This document shows positions 51,301 through 64,000 of a stretch of 64,000 nucleotides of DNA, piece after piece (positions within the stretch are counted from its first letter, which is position 1; each line of letters begins with the position of its first letter). This DNA comes from Octopus sinensis (taxonomy: Eukaryota). Location: NCBI RefSeq assembly GCF_006345805.1, contig NC_042997.1, forward strand, positions 9,424,001 through 9,488,000. Reading direction: 5' to 3'. Below the pieces are notes generated by a model. That model was given only the letters and a program-made list of their open reading frames with translations. It searched no databases and was not told the origin of the DNA. The position numbers and the translations under genes were made by a program.

Positions 51301-53635
51301 AACTCTAGACATGGAATGAGAGGTTTGTACTCCAGACAACAAGATGTATGTTTTGGGAGGTTATAGGAGGTAATAGGTAGGACCCATGTTCAACTAAAAT
51401 TCATGAATGCTTGCAAACAGGAGGGAATATTATCAATCAGATTTATTGTTATTCTATGTGATAGGCATTTCAGAGTATTTAGTTTTAGCTTTGTTTAGTT
51501 TGGCTATAAGAAGAAAAGACAATAGCTCAAGAGTTATTGTTAACCAATACTTTGATTCTTGTATGTATTCTTCCAAGATACCAATATCTGTGGAAGTCTA
51601 AAAGGAGATAAAAGTGTATACACCAGATGATAGGAAAGCTTACTAAGCTAGTACATTTGGGTCATTTGTTCTGCCTTCTAGTATTTACTGGGCAATATTT
51701 GATTTTTACCTATACATGCTAACAAATGGCAGGAACAATGCATTAGGCAAGTGAAGTTGGAATCACCAACTCACGAGATCCTAAAATCTCTCAGTGAGAA
51801 GTCTGATCTTCTAAATGCTTGCAGACAAGTTGTAAATGCCTAGAGAAATACTTGTACTAATTTAAAATATCTGACTGAATAAAAAACCCAGATTATTCAG
51901 GAACAAATAACATTCTGATAAGTGAATTTGCTTGAATAACAAACCCGATATACCTCCCATACTCTTTCTCCAACTTGCAGACAACAATATATTCTTAGTG
52001 TATTCTATAGAAAGATCTAATCTTTAAAAATAAACTTTTAAAATTTCCTGTAACTTCAAAAAGTTATTTTCTTATCTCTTAATATTATAATATTTAAAGC
52101 ACTTCAATTTGATAAATTACATATTATTAAACACAACAGCAGATCTGTACTTAAATTGGGTTCCTAAATTGTCTTCAATAAATTGACTACAATTGCTATT
52201 TTCTTTATCACAACAACAATATTTTTTTTTTCTATATCTCACAATCAATATTTAGTATCAGGTTGTTTATGAATTTAAAGTTATCCAATTTTTCGTCAAA
52301 CTAATCTTCATTGAAATTCTTTCAGCAGCTATTTTGTTAATGTGGCTTCTCTTTGTAATATTTTTCCCCTTTCATTTTCTCTTTTACCTGTTTCCCCATT
52401 TTTTTTCTTCTTCTTTTTATGAAGTGATGAATAATTCAATGTTTACATTCTATATTATTCTTAAATTACATTTTATTTCATATTTTTTTTACTGGTTAAA
52501 TTATTTATTTGACAATTGAAGGTTTTGAAATAGTTCTATCATTGAAATCTTTTTTTATAGCCTTCTGAAGACCACAATTTAAATGAAACTATTACCAAGA
52601 TTTAGCAATGCAGTTAAGACAATGAAAACTGACAGATACTTGATTTAAAAAAAAAAACAACTCAAGGCAAAATTGCTTGTCTAAAATACTTAGTAACCCT
52701 TTCACCAAATGTGCTATGAAAGACATAAAACTTTCTACATTTTCAGTTTTATCATGAAATAGTCAAAACAACAATTTACATCTGAATATTTCACGAGAAA
52801 ACTCTTTTAAATGAAATTTCAAGCTGCATATATTAGAATCAAACAAATAATATGCTTCTGTTTTGGGTTAGGAAGTATTCAGATGGCTGTCTAAAGATAT
52901 ATTAACATTTTGACTGAATAACCATTGTTATTTTCCCCTATCTCACTGCACTCTGCTCTAACACATGACACCACGAAATGAAATATCAAAGTGAAATGCT
53001 TCACAGTACAATGTTTATTACACTGTTTTGATTAGTAATTAAATACATTAAGGTAATATGAGTGTAATGACAAAATATTTAGTTGGTTGACAGAACACAA
53101 ACTTATGTGAAGTCCAAATACAAAAATATTTATTTATTGTTAACAAAAAAATGTTGTTGCAACGACAGGAAAGAGATATATTTACCAAATGAATCAGTTT
53201 GTGTGTATCCATGAGAGATGTGCATGTCAGCAAGGATAGTAGATTGTTGATATAGAATTTCATAGGCAAATTGAATGGCATAGGTTCCTGTAGCAAGCTA
53301 ACTTTGGCTGTTACAGCCACTGGTCAGTTACCAGACAAACAACCTAAATATAATTAATGGTCTATCAGAGAAAAGGCATGAAAGACAAAATTGTTTATGA
53401 CTTTCCAATATGTTTTTTATGACAACTGGGATTCTAACGAGTTAGGCATCTGCTGGGTTTAGAGTGTTTTGCTATGCATCCCAGCTATTGATAAAAACTT
53501 TATATGAGTTCGTGTGTTGAAGCATATCCTGTTGTGTCTGGGGAGAGTCATTTTCTTTTTGTGCCTTATAATGCAACACACTCACTGGTAAAATTTCCAC
53601 TTATTTCTTATTTTTATTTTCCGGAGGGGAAATAG

Positions 53636-53706
53636 CCTGGGGCCGACCAAAGCCTTGTGAGTGGATTTGGTAGACGGAAACTAAAAGAAGCCTGTCGTAT
53701 ATATGC

Positions 53707-53742
<36 letters not shown>

Positions 53743-53960
53743 ATGTGTGTCTCTGTTAGTCCCCCAACATCGCTTGACAACTGATGTTGGTGTGTTTACA
53801 TCCCCGTAAATCAGTGGTTCGGCAAAAGAGACCGATAGAATAAGTACTAGGCTTACAAAGAATAAGTCCTGGGGTCAATTTGCTCGACTAAAGGCGGTGC
53901 TCCAGCATGGCCACAGTCAATTGACTGAAACAAGTTAAAGAGTAAAAAGAGAGTAAAAAG
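53636..53960 (+). mobile_element. SINE family A, 5'-truncated
   Basis: Matches 1750-2063. Confidence 0.85.
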
Positions 53961-54293
53961 TATGGACAAAATGCACTAAACATTTTACCCCACATGTTAA
54001 TGGTTTTGCCAGATCACTGTCTTACTTAACTTTAAATATTGACATTATTAAGCTCAAATAGGCCTATCTTAACTGTTGGTTTTTAGTATCGCATCTCAAA
54101 GAATCTCACATACAAAAGTACTATTCATGGGTAGCCTTTCTTGGATTACAAACAAAAAATTGGAATGCAGTCCAAACAAATTATTATCTCACCCACACTT
54201 TGCTCTGAATCTTATTCTATACATCACACCAAAAACTACTTCCTGCTAATGGACTAATTTTGTTATACAAATAAATGTTGCTCAAATTCTTAC

Positions 54294-54486
54294 ACAGACA
54301 TTTGGCTGTTTGAATTGTTGATTTTTAATTAAATTAGAAGTATATTTAAATTTTATAAATTTTGATTGTTCTGCCTCATTTTTAGAAATGATAACATGCC
54401 AAGTTGAATCAGAGTTGTGCAAAGATATGTTTCTTCTATGTTTATAAATGTGAATGTTACTTTCCATCAACCTATTCTTAACAAAC
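54294..54486 (-). CDS. Candidate internal coding exon of an unknown host gene
   Basis: Branch point/acceptor ctaatttgttttag, 193 nt open (FVKNRLMESN...QPNVC), donor gtaaga; no recognisable homology. Confidence 0.25.
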
Positions 54487-54788
54487 CTAAAACAAATTAG
54501 TATGTAAAAGACAATTAACGAAATTAGTAAAATGTGCCTAAATAACCAATTTCACACTTGTACTGAAAGTAAAATAACATGAAAAGAAGACAAAATTCAA
54601 ATGGAAATAATCTAGTAAATACACACACACACACACAAACACACACATAATCAGACATGCAATCACACACACACACACATGTATAGGCACAAGAAAGGCA
54701 GTGTGATAAGAAATTCAGTTTCAACCCCTCATGGTTTTAGATATAGTTCCACTGCATTGTACTTGAAGCCTATTATACACAGATAGCC

Positions 54789-55088
54789 ATAATAATAATA
54801 ATAATAATAATCCATGGATGGAATTTATAAATATTCTGATGCATCACTACACATGTTTCCACAAGCTATATGTTTCTTATGATCATAGTCCATATTCCTG
54901 AGACAATTACAGTACAATCCGTAATATCCATGGAGTAAGATCCACCTGATGTCCATGGATATTACAGATTGTACTGTAATCATTGCAGGACTACAGACTA
55001 TGGCCATAAGAAACACATAACTTGTGGAAACATGCACAGTGATGCATTAAAATATTTGTGAATTCCATTCATGGATTATTATTATTAT
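54789..55088. repeat. ~300-bp fold-back element (imperfect palindrome, MITE-like)
   Basis: Arms of ~140 bp pair (e.g. catgtttccacaag/cttgtggaaacatg and attacagtacaatc/gattgtactgtaat) around a ~17-nt loop. Confidence 0.85.
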
Positions 55089-55221
55089 CACCATATGTAT
55101 CCTACATTATAACGGCACAACTCAGTAGAACCCTGAAAAACTACTATTGCAAATTGATATCATTAGGTCATAGCCAACGTTTCCTGTAAACAAACTTAAA
55201 GAAAACTATATATATATGTAT

Positions 55222-55531
55222 CATTTGAAGGCTAAAACAATGTGAAGCACATTGTGATCAGCGATGTGTAGCAACATCTGATAACCTGGTCGGACACAGT
55301 GATCACAGTGGTGGATGCCACCCTGCTGGCTAAGTGAGCAGGCCAACAGAAGAAAGAGTGAGAGAAAGTTGTGGCAAAAGAGTACAGCAGGGATCGCCAC
55401 CATCCCCTGCCAGAGCCTCATGGACCTTTAGGTGTTTTCGCTTAATAAGCACAATGCCCGGTCTGGAAATCAAAACCACGATATTATGACTGCGGGTCTG
55501 CTGCTCTAACCACTGGGCCAGTGCACCTCCA
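55222..55531 (-). mobile_element. tRNA SINE family C with an inverted tail segment
   Basis: 55315-55531 is the reverse complement of the 46757 copy; 55222-55305 has the same orientation as 46977-47050. Confidence 0.8.
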
Positions 55532-55979
55532 TATATATATGAAAAACATATAGTAAATGCACAGACAAAAGGAAAACAGACACTGAAGGTCCCCAACTCC
55601 TCATCAGTTAGCAGCAAGAGGGTCAAATGCAATCTTGCACCTTTAATGATAATATTGTTTCCCTTCTGTTAGCGACCAGCAAAAGCTACCAGGAAATGGG
55701 ATTGAAACATAACAGAACATGAAACGACAGACAATAAATGGATAAATAAACAATACAGAAGTAGACATATGAAAATGAATAAATGTAACTCAAGACGAGA
55801 CTATTAGTGGACAGATGAGAGACAAAAACGAAACACCAAAAGGAGGAAAGATAAAGTTGACCTCAGCAGAATTTTGACTCACAAAATAATGGCTGATGAA
55901 ATGGCTCTAAGCATTTTGCCCTAAATGCCTATGATTCTGCCAGCTTGCTGCCTTATTCATACATACATGTATATATGTG

Positions 55980-56014
<35 letters not shown>

Positions 56015-56039
56015 GTGTGTGTATATATATATATATATT

Positions 56040-56660
56040 ATCATTTTCATCATCATTTAAAATCCATTTTTTATGTTGGCATAGGTTGGACAGTTTGATA
56101 GGAGCTGTCCAACTGAAGATCTACCCAGATTCTGTGTCTGCTTTGATATGGTTTCTATGGCTCAGTGCCTGCCCAGCCAGGCTCCATGTCTGTTTTAGCA
56201 TGATTTCTATAGCTGAATATCCTTCCTAGCACCAACCGCTTTACAGAGTGTACTGGATCCTTTTACGCAGCACCAGCATAGATGCATTTACATGGCACTG
56301 GTAAGGATTCTCTTTACATAGCACCAGCACCTATGAGCCTGCAAGGTTAGAAATGCTCGACTGGAGAATGATGCAGGGGACAAGCCTGTATGCAAGGACA
56401 ACCATCCTATTACTTAGCTTAATGTGTCTTTTCAACCACAGCAAACTCCCAAGAGTCTTGGTCCTCTTTTATCTCCTCTGTGAGTCCCAAAATTTGTAGA
56501 TCCTCTCTCACCACTTTGTCCCACATTTTCTGGGTTTGCCTCTTGCACATGTTCCCTCTGCAATTAGAGTTCAGCATCTCTTGATGTGACTGTCTTAATT
56601 CTTACGCATTACATGACCATACCAGAATATGCTAAATCTGATGCCTCATATACCCAGCTT
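56040..56660 (-). mobile_element. Old RTE 3' fragment
   Basis: catcatttaaaatccatt...catgaccataccag; decayed. Confidence 0.65.
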
Positions 56661-56699
56661 TTATATATGTATCATTATTATTATATATTTTTGTCTGTG

Positions 56700-57018
56700 T
56701 ACATGCCACGTAAAAAACATCATCCGAACATGGTCGATACCAGAACTCCCTGACTGGCCCTCATGCCAGTGGCATGTAAAAAGCACTATCTGAACATGAC
56801 CAATGCCAGGCCTGCCTGACTAGCTCTTGTGCCAGTAGCATGAAATAATTACCCATTACACTCTCGGAGTGGTTGGCGTTAGGAAGGGGATGCCAGATCA
56901 GTTTGGAGCCTGGTGTAGCTGCTGGCTTTCCAGACCTCAGTCAAACCGTCCAACTCATGACAGCATGGAAAATGGACGTTAAATGGTGATGATGATGATG
57001 ATGGCGATGATGATGATG
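56700..57018 (+). mobile_element. RTE 3'UTR/tail
   Basis: acactctcggagtggttggcgttaggaaggg; (GAT)n tail. Confidence 0.8.
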
Positions 57019-57465
57019 AATATGGATTAGATGAATCTATTGTTGAGACACTGTTTTACAGATGGATACCTTTCCTGTCACTAATACATTCTTGCTTTTC
57101 AAATAACGCATCCTTTATTCAACAGGTCTCTGAAGGCACAAAGCCAGAAGTTGAATTGTTTATAGGGAAAATGACAACTCCACAGCTTGTAGTTCAGTAA
57201 TTTTCAAAGAAGCAGAAATCTAAACAAAAACGCCTGCACAAACACACACACACACACGCCTATATATAATACACAGCTAGCTTCTTTTAGTCTCCAACCA
57301 CTAAATCCATTAATAATTCTTTAATCAGCCCATGGCTATAATAGAAGACATATTAAAGTGCCATGGAGTGGGACTGAAACAGAAACCATATGATTATGAA
57401 GCAAATTTCTCAACCACACAACCATGCTTTCATCACATATGTGTATGTATACACATACACACATA

Positions 57466-57554
<89 letters not shown>

Positions 57555-58431
57555 TGATTGATAGAGAGATATACTGACATATGGGTGAGGGGTGTCTGCA
57601 TATATGTGTATATATATGTGTGTGTGTGTGTGTATGTACATATATCAATATAAATATAATATATATAAATATATGTATATAATTTCAGTGCAAATGGTTT
57701 TTTATGTATATAAATATGTGTGCATGTATGTGCATGTGTGTGTATATTTATAAATATATATACAAATATATACACGCCATACACATATATATGCACAAAT
57801 AGATGCATATATATATATATATATATTATGTATATTAAATGCATATATAAATAATATATACATATAATAAATATATGCTTATATTACATATGTATGTATA
57901 TGTGAATGTATACATACACTTAAACACACACATGCACACACACATACGTACATACACGTACATACATAAATACATGCATATAATTATATTCATATATATA
58001 CATATGTAAATTTGCATATAGCTATATATATTCTATAATTGTCTACCGCTGCACCTAAATAGAATTTCTTATTCTGGTTAGCTTGTCAGTCTTTTGGAAA
58101 AAATTAAAAGATAGAAAAATAAATCAATGACTCACTTTGGAAACAACATTTTATTTTCCTCGAGGAAACCATTTCTCTGTTGTGAAGAAAAGTTTTTCTG
58201 TGTATTTGGTTGTTAGTTTTTTGGGTTATTCTCATCATCTTTTTATCTTGTCTTTTGTCTTACTGTTTTCCATTACATCTATAACAAGCATTTCATCCCT
58301 AACTCTTTCACTGTCACCATCATTTCTTACTCCTTCCTTTCTCTTTCTCTATCTCTCTGTCTCTCTATATATACATGTATGTATAGATTAGATAATCGTG
58401 TCTGTACATGTGTGTTTGTATGAGTATTTCG

Positions 58432-58530
<99 letters not shown>

Positions 58531-58903
58531 ATATATATATACATATATATATACATAAATACACACAGACAGAAACATATATAGATACACACGCATACAT
58601 ACACGCTTTTATTTCACCCGCATATAAGTTCATATGTAAGTTTGTATAGCGTCTTTCTTTCAAGACTAGTAGAAATAATGTTGCTGTGTTTTCAACTACT
58701 TGAATTCACATCTCAACATGCCTCCACACTCGTATATGTGCACGCATACATATACACACACACACATATGCACACGCACATGTAAGTATGTGTGTATACA
58801 TGCATGTTTTATGTATGATGTGGGTGGGCAAGTAAGCAAAATGCAACAAAACAATATTTTCTCCTCACAGAAAGACATTCACTTGCATATGTAAATGTGT
58901 GTA

Positions 58904-58976
<73 letters not shown>

Positions 58977-59132
58977 AGGGAGAGAGAGAGAGAGGGAGGG
59001 AGAGGGAGAGAGAAAGATGCATATAAACATATACCTTTATATACATATATGTTTATACATACATACATATATATATATATATAGTGACGTATGTACATAA
59101 ACAAGCATGCATACACATAGACACACACACAT

Positions 59133-59172
<40 letters not shown>

Positions 59173-59845
59173 GTACTGGTGACAGAGTGATGCATGTTTT
59201 GTCAGATCTCACAGAAAAACATTGTGGTTTCCAAAAGCCCATGGCAATAAAAAACGGCTACCAGCAATGATTATAAAAATAATTCATAATAAATGGAAAT
59301 ATTTTATATTTAGGCTTGTTGGACCTAAAGTTGTTGTTGTTACAGGTGGTGGTGGTAGTGGTAGGTAGGTTGCCATACCACTAAGAGAGCAATGCATGTT
59401 TTATCAAACCTCACTATAAAACATTATTGTTTCACAAAACCTATGATGATAAAAACCAGTTAGCTGCAACGATTATTAAACTAATTCGTAATAAATGGGA
59501 AATTTTATCTATGCTCTTGACAGCCTTAAAATATACAGCCCATACTAGCTATATACTTTAAATGACTTCTTAGTATAGCACATATATACATAAGCAACTT
59601 TTTGAAGGCACCAAACAAATATCGAGCTACCTAACTACCACTGGAAAATTGCTTCTTTCAATCATACCCAAACTTTAGGACAGCCACTATGAATACTGAT
59701 TATTCTATGTTTGTTCAGGTGATAGTAGTGTTAGCGAGGTTGATGAAATATCTAGAGATAGGTGTAGATGGTGGTAATGACCGTGTTCATTATGATACAC
59801 ATAGCACATTCATCTCTATCCCAATATACATACATACTTGATGAA

Positions 59846-60075
59846 GGCGATGAGCTGGCAGAATCGTTAGCACACCAGGTGAAATGCTTGACAGTAATTC
59901 GTCTGCCGCTATGTTCTGTGTTCAAATTCTGCCGAGATCGACTTTGCCTTTCATCCTTTAGGGGTCGATTAAATAAGAACCAGTTACGCACTGGGGTCAA
60001 TGTAATCGATTTAGTCTCTTTGTCTGTTCTTGTCTGTTCCCTCTATGTTTAGCACCTTGTGGGCAATAAAGAATT
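59846..60075 (+). mobile_element. SINE family B
   Basis: ggcgatgagctggcagaatcgttagc...tcgactttgcctttcatcctttaggggtcga. Confidence 0.85.
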
Positions 60076-60229
60076 AAATATACATACATACTTGTATGCA
60101 TACATACGTATATACATGCATACTTACCCACCTACATACTTAAGTACATATGCATGTATTTATATAATATTTATATATATATATATATAAATATTATATA
60201 TACATATATATATATATATATATAAATAT

Positions 60230-60280
<51 letters not shown>

Positions 60281-60284
60281 TAAT

Positions 60285-60315
<31 letters not shown>

Positions 60316-60342
60316 TATATATTATATATATATATATATAAA

Positions 60343-60730
60343 TCATCATTTAATATCCATTTTCCATGCTGGCATGGGCTGGATGGTTTGACAGGAGCTG
60401 GTCAACTGGAGAGCCGCCCAGTTGGAGAGATGCCCTTCCTTATAACAACCACTTTACAGAGTGTACAGGGTGCTTTTATATGGCACTGAGATGGGTGGCA
60501 CCCACAAGCCTGCAAGATTAGGAATGTTCAGTTGAAGAGAGATGCAGCGGACATGCCTGTGTGCAAGGACAACCACGTACTTACTTAGCTTGACATGTCT
60601 TTTCAGGCACAGCAAACCATCTCTGTGTGCTTTTTAAGTGCCACCAGCATGGGAGCCAGTCAAGGCAGTGCTAGCATTGGCCATGTTCAGATGGTGCTTT
60701 TTATGTGCCACTGGCACAGGAGCCAGTCGG
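60343..60730 (-). mobile_element. RTE 3'UTR fragment
   Basis: tcatcatttaatatccattttccatgctggcatggg; array cores present. Confidence 0.75.
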
Positions 60731-61392
60731 GGCAAACCAGTTTATTGCACATAAAATCTTATATCCCTGTCCCTCCCAGTTGAGAACAGCTGATCTAAGC
60801 AAACATTTAGAAATTTGCAAGAACACCAAATTCAAGATTTTTCCTTTCTACGAATACTTATGAGATGATCTAATATATCATTTAGAAATCAAAAGACATT
60901 TTATAAAAAACAATTTGAAACAACCCACTTAAAACATGAAGAATTACATGTCCAAGTTGAAAAATTTATCTTTGAAATTCTCTATGAAATGAAAATACTG
61001 GTTTTAAGTATTTCTTCTACATGAAAATTCAAGAAAATAGGAATTCATTTTCACCAACTCATCTTTTTTTACCATCATTTTTACTATTATTTTATACTCT
61101 ACTGATGACCTTTTGTCTCTGTGTATAAGTATGCATGACTATGTGTTGATGCATGTGCGCATGAACATGTTTGGGTGTGTATGTAGATGTATATAGAAGT
61201 TCACACACATATACATTAGTACGTGCAATTATGCATGGATATATATCACTAGGTTCAGCTCAGAGAAAAACTTTTATATGTCACATGACTTCACTGACCT
61301 GCAAGTGACACCAATCCTCTGATCACATGACTGATACATGCAGACATCAGAGGGAAAACAGTAAACAGATAACAATTCAACCATATCACATG

Positions 61393-61635
61393 CCCATGGG
61401 TATATGGCATAGTGGTTAAGAGCGTGGGCTACTAATCCCAAGATTCCGAGTTTGATTCCAAACAGTGACCTGAACAATAATAATAACATCAAAGAATACC
61501 TTAGGAATGAGAACCCAGGTTCGAAATTTCCCCAAGCCACCTGAAGAAGGCTGGTGGGGTATATCAGCCGAAACGTGTTAACAACAAGCAAGATGAGGAC
61601 AAATATCCGTCAAATGTAAATAATATAAATAATGT
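61393..61635 (+). mobile_element. tRNA-headed hammerhead SINE, copy 2
   Basis: Close match to 10086-10335; 10-bp TSD atatcacatg at 61383-61392 and 61636-61645; the hammerhead has a 3-nt deletion at the cleavage site. Confidence 0.8.
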
Positions 61636-62112
61636 ATATCACATGACTGTTTCACAACATTCAGTTTTTGCCCTCCTTAGCAAAAATCTCACAGAATTAA
61701 AGTAAACCTGCTTTCTATTATAAAAGAAAACATCCTTGTGCACTTTAGCAAAGACACAAAGATTAATACACAAGCACTAAACAAAAGTTAAGAAGCATTT
61801 CATTTCACATCCTTGGGAAACTTCAAAGATGTTTTTACTTGTCTACAAATGTATATAATTAATCTAATGAATGATACCTCCATCACCTCAAACTAATCTT
61901 TAATATGTACATATATACATATATGTATGTTTGTGTATATATATATATATAATATATATATAAAATGTGTGTCCATATGTATTTGTGTATATATATCTAC
62001 ATATAATGTGAGTACATATGCATATATGTGTGTGTGTATATATAAATATATATATATATATATATACATACACACATAAACACACTTACACATACATATA
62101 TATATTACACAC

Positions 62113-62520
62113 ACTCTTTTACTCTTACTTGTTTCAGTCATTTTACTGTGGCCATGCTGGAGCACCGCCTTTAGTCGAGCAAATTGACCCCAGGACTTAT
62201 TCTTTGTAAACTTAGTACTTATTCTATCTGTCTCTTTTGCCGAACCACTAAGTTACAGGGACGTAAACACACCAGCATCAGTTGTCAAGCGATGTTGGGA
62301 GTACAAACAGACACACAAACATATACGCACACATACATATATATATACATTATATCAACGGGCTTCTTTCAGTTTCTGTGTACCAAATCCACTCACAAGG
62401 CTTTGGTCGACCTGAGGCTATAGTAGAAGACACTTGTCCAAGGTGCCACGCAGTGGGATTGAACGCAGAACCATGTGGTTGGTAAACAAGCTACTTACCA
62501 CACAGCCACTCCTGCGCCTA
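62113..62520 (-). mobile_element. SINE family A, full length
   Basis: Minus strand taggcgcaggagtggctgtgtggtaag...gtaagagtaaaaga. Confidence 0.85.
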
Positions 62521-62644
62521 CTTATTGATAAACTATTGATAAATGTCATCAATTTAGCAAATGTATGTACATACACAGAATTGAAGCATATGAAGTATCA
62601 GATCTGGTTGTAACGTCTCTTTTGAAAATACTGCCCTCAGTGTG

Positions 62645-64000
62645 TATCATCGTCATCATAATCATTTAGTATCCATTGTCCATGCTGGCAAGGGTTAAAC
62701 GGTTTGACCAGGGTAGGCAAGCTAGAAGGCTGCACCAGTCTCCAGTTTGATTTGGCATGGTTTCTATGACTGGTTGCCTTTCCTAATGCCAACCAGTCCG
62801 AGAGTGTAATGGGTTGTTTTATGTGCCACCGGCATGGGTGCCATTTGCATGACACCTGTATCTACTATGACTGATTTTACTTAGCTTGGTGGAACTTCTC
62901 AAACATGATATAATGCCAAAATCTTGGTCATTGCCTCTGTGAGGCCCAACACTCGAAAGGAGCTTTTCATGTGCCACTGGCATCAGCCACTTTGCCTACG
63001 TGAAGCCCAATGCTTGAAAGGTGCTTTTTATGTGTCACTGGTATGGGTGCCAGTTACATGACACCAACATCAGCCACGACTATGATTTCACTTGGCTTGA
63101 CAGGTCTTCTTAAGCACAGCATATCACCAAAGAACTCAGTTACTAGTCATTGCCTCTGTGAAGTCCAAAGTTCAAAGATCATGCTTCACCACCTCATCCC
63201 ATGTCTTCCAGGGTTTACCTCTACCACAGGTTCTCTCCACAGTCAGAGACCAGCACTTCTTTATACAGCCGTCCTCGTCCATACACATCAAATGACCGTA
63301 CCAGAGCAGTCATCTTTCTTGCACATCACATCTGATACCTCTTGTGCCCAACTTTTCTCTCAAGATGCTAACTCTGTCGAATATGCATGCTGACATTCCA
63401 CATCCATGAAGCATACTGGCTTTATTTCTTTCTGTCACAGCCTATGTTTCACTGCCATGTAGCACAGCTGTTCACACACAGGCATCATACAATTTGCCTG
63501 TCACTCTGAGGGAGAGGCCCTTTGTTGCTAGCTGAACTTTACCCAACTTAATCTTATTCTCACAGCTATGCTCTCAGAGCATCCATCCACACTACTAACT
63601 TGGTCACCTAGATAACAGAAGCTATCTACTAACTCTAGCTTAACCACCTGGCAATTGATGAAGTCTATTTTCTGTATATTTTTGGTGTTTATTGTACCTG
63701 TGCATCTTCCACACACAAAAACTATTTTCCCTGTTAACCTTTGTTTGATATTGCTGCACCTCTTATGTGCCCATAGCTTGCACCTGGTGCATCATATGGA
63801 ACTTCTACGAATGCCTTTTCTACAGATTGAGCAGGGTCATCTACCTGAAGGTATTTGTGATTTGTCTGCTTTCCTATTTACTAAGACTTTCGTTTTTGCT
63901 AGATTAACTCTAAGGCCCTTCGATTTTAGACATTGTTTCCATACCTGAAACTTCTCTTGATCTGGTAGTCTATAAGAACAAGGTCATCAACATTGAAGAG
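62645..64000 (-). mobile_element. Decayed RTE LINE running off the window end
   Basis: CGRCTG...VDSFCYLGDQVSS; 3'UTR and tail at 62645. Confidence 0.9.

Overview
AT-rich, repeat-dense eukaryotic DNA. The microsatellite load and the RTE-LINE, tRNA-SINE, mariner and Helitron families suggest an octopus (coleoid cephalopod) genome; this is an inference. No intact host gene is recognisable: nearly all ORFs in the track are microsatellite read-throughs or decayed transposon ORFs. The window holds more than 15 RTE fragments (one family has a C4HC3 PHD-like finger inside the RT and tandem pseudoknot-like repeats in the 3'UTR), three mariner relics, four non-autonomous Helitrons, a CR1 tail, several SINE families and fold-back elements. 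The most notable signal is a set of type-I hammerhead ribozyme motifs of the Penelope-like-element (PLE) kind in at least three unrelated repeat families: (i) a 473-bp tandem plus inverted pseudo-LTR/retrozyme with C3:G8 cores (14.4-15.45 kb); (ii) a tRNA-headed SINE carrying a minimal hammerhead (10.1 and 61.4 kb); (iii) a family with a swapped G3:C8 core (37.1 kb, and as a ~280-bp palindrome at 30.3 kb). A fourth, decayed motif with a U3:A8 core lies at 7.9 kb. A weakly supported, phase-compatible chain of minus-strand exons (59.2 to 48.4 kb) may belong to a host gene. Boundaries were read by eye and are approximate.
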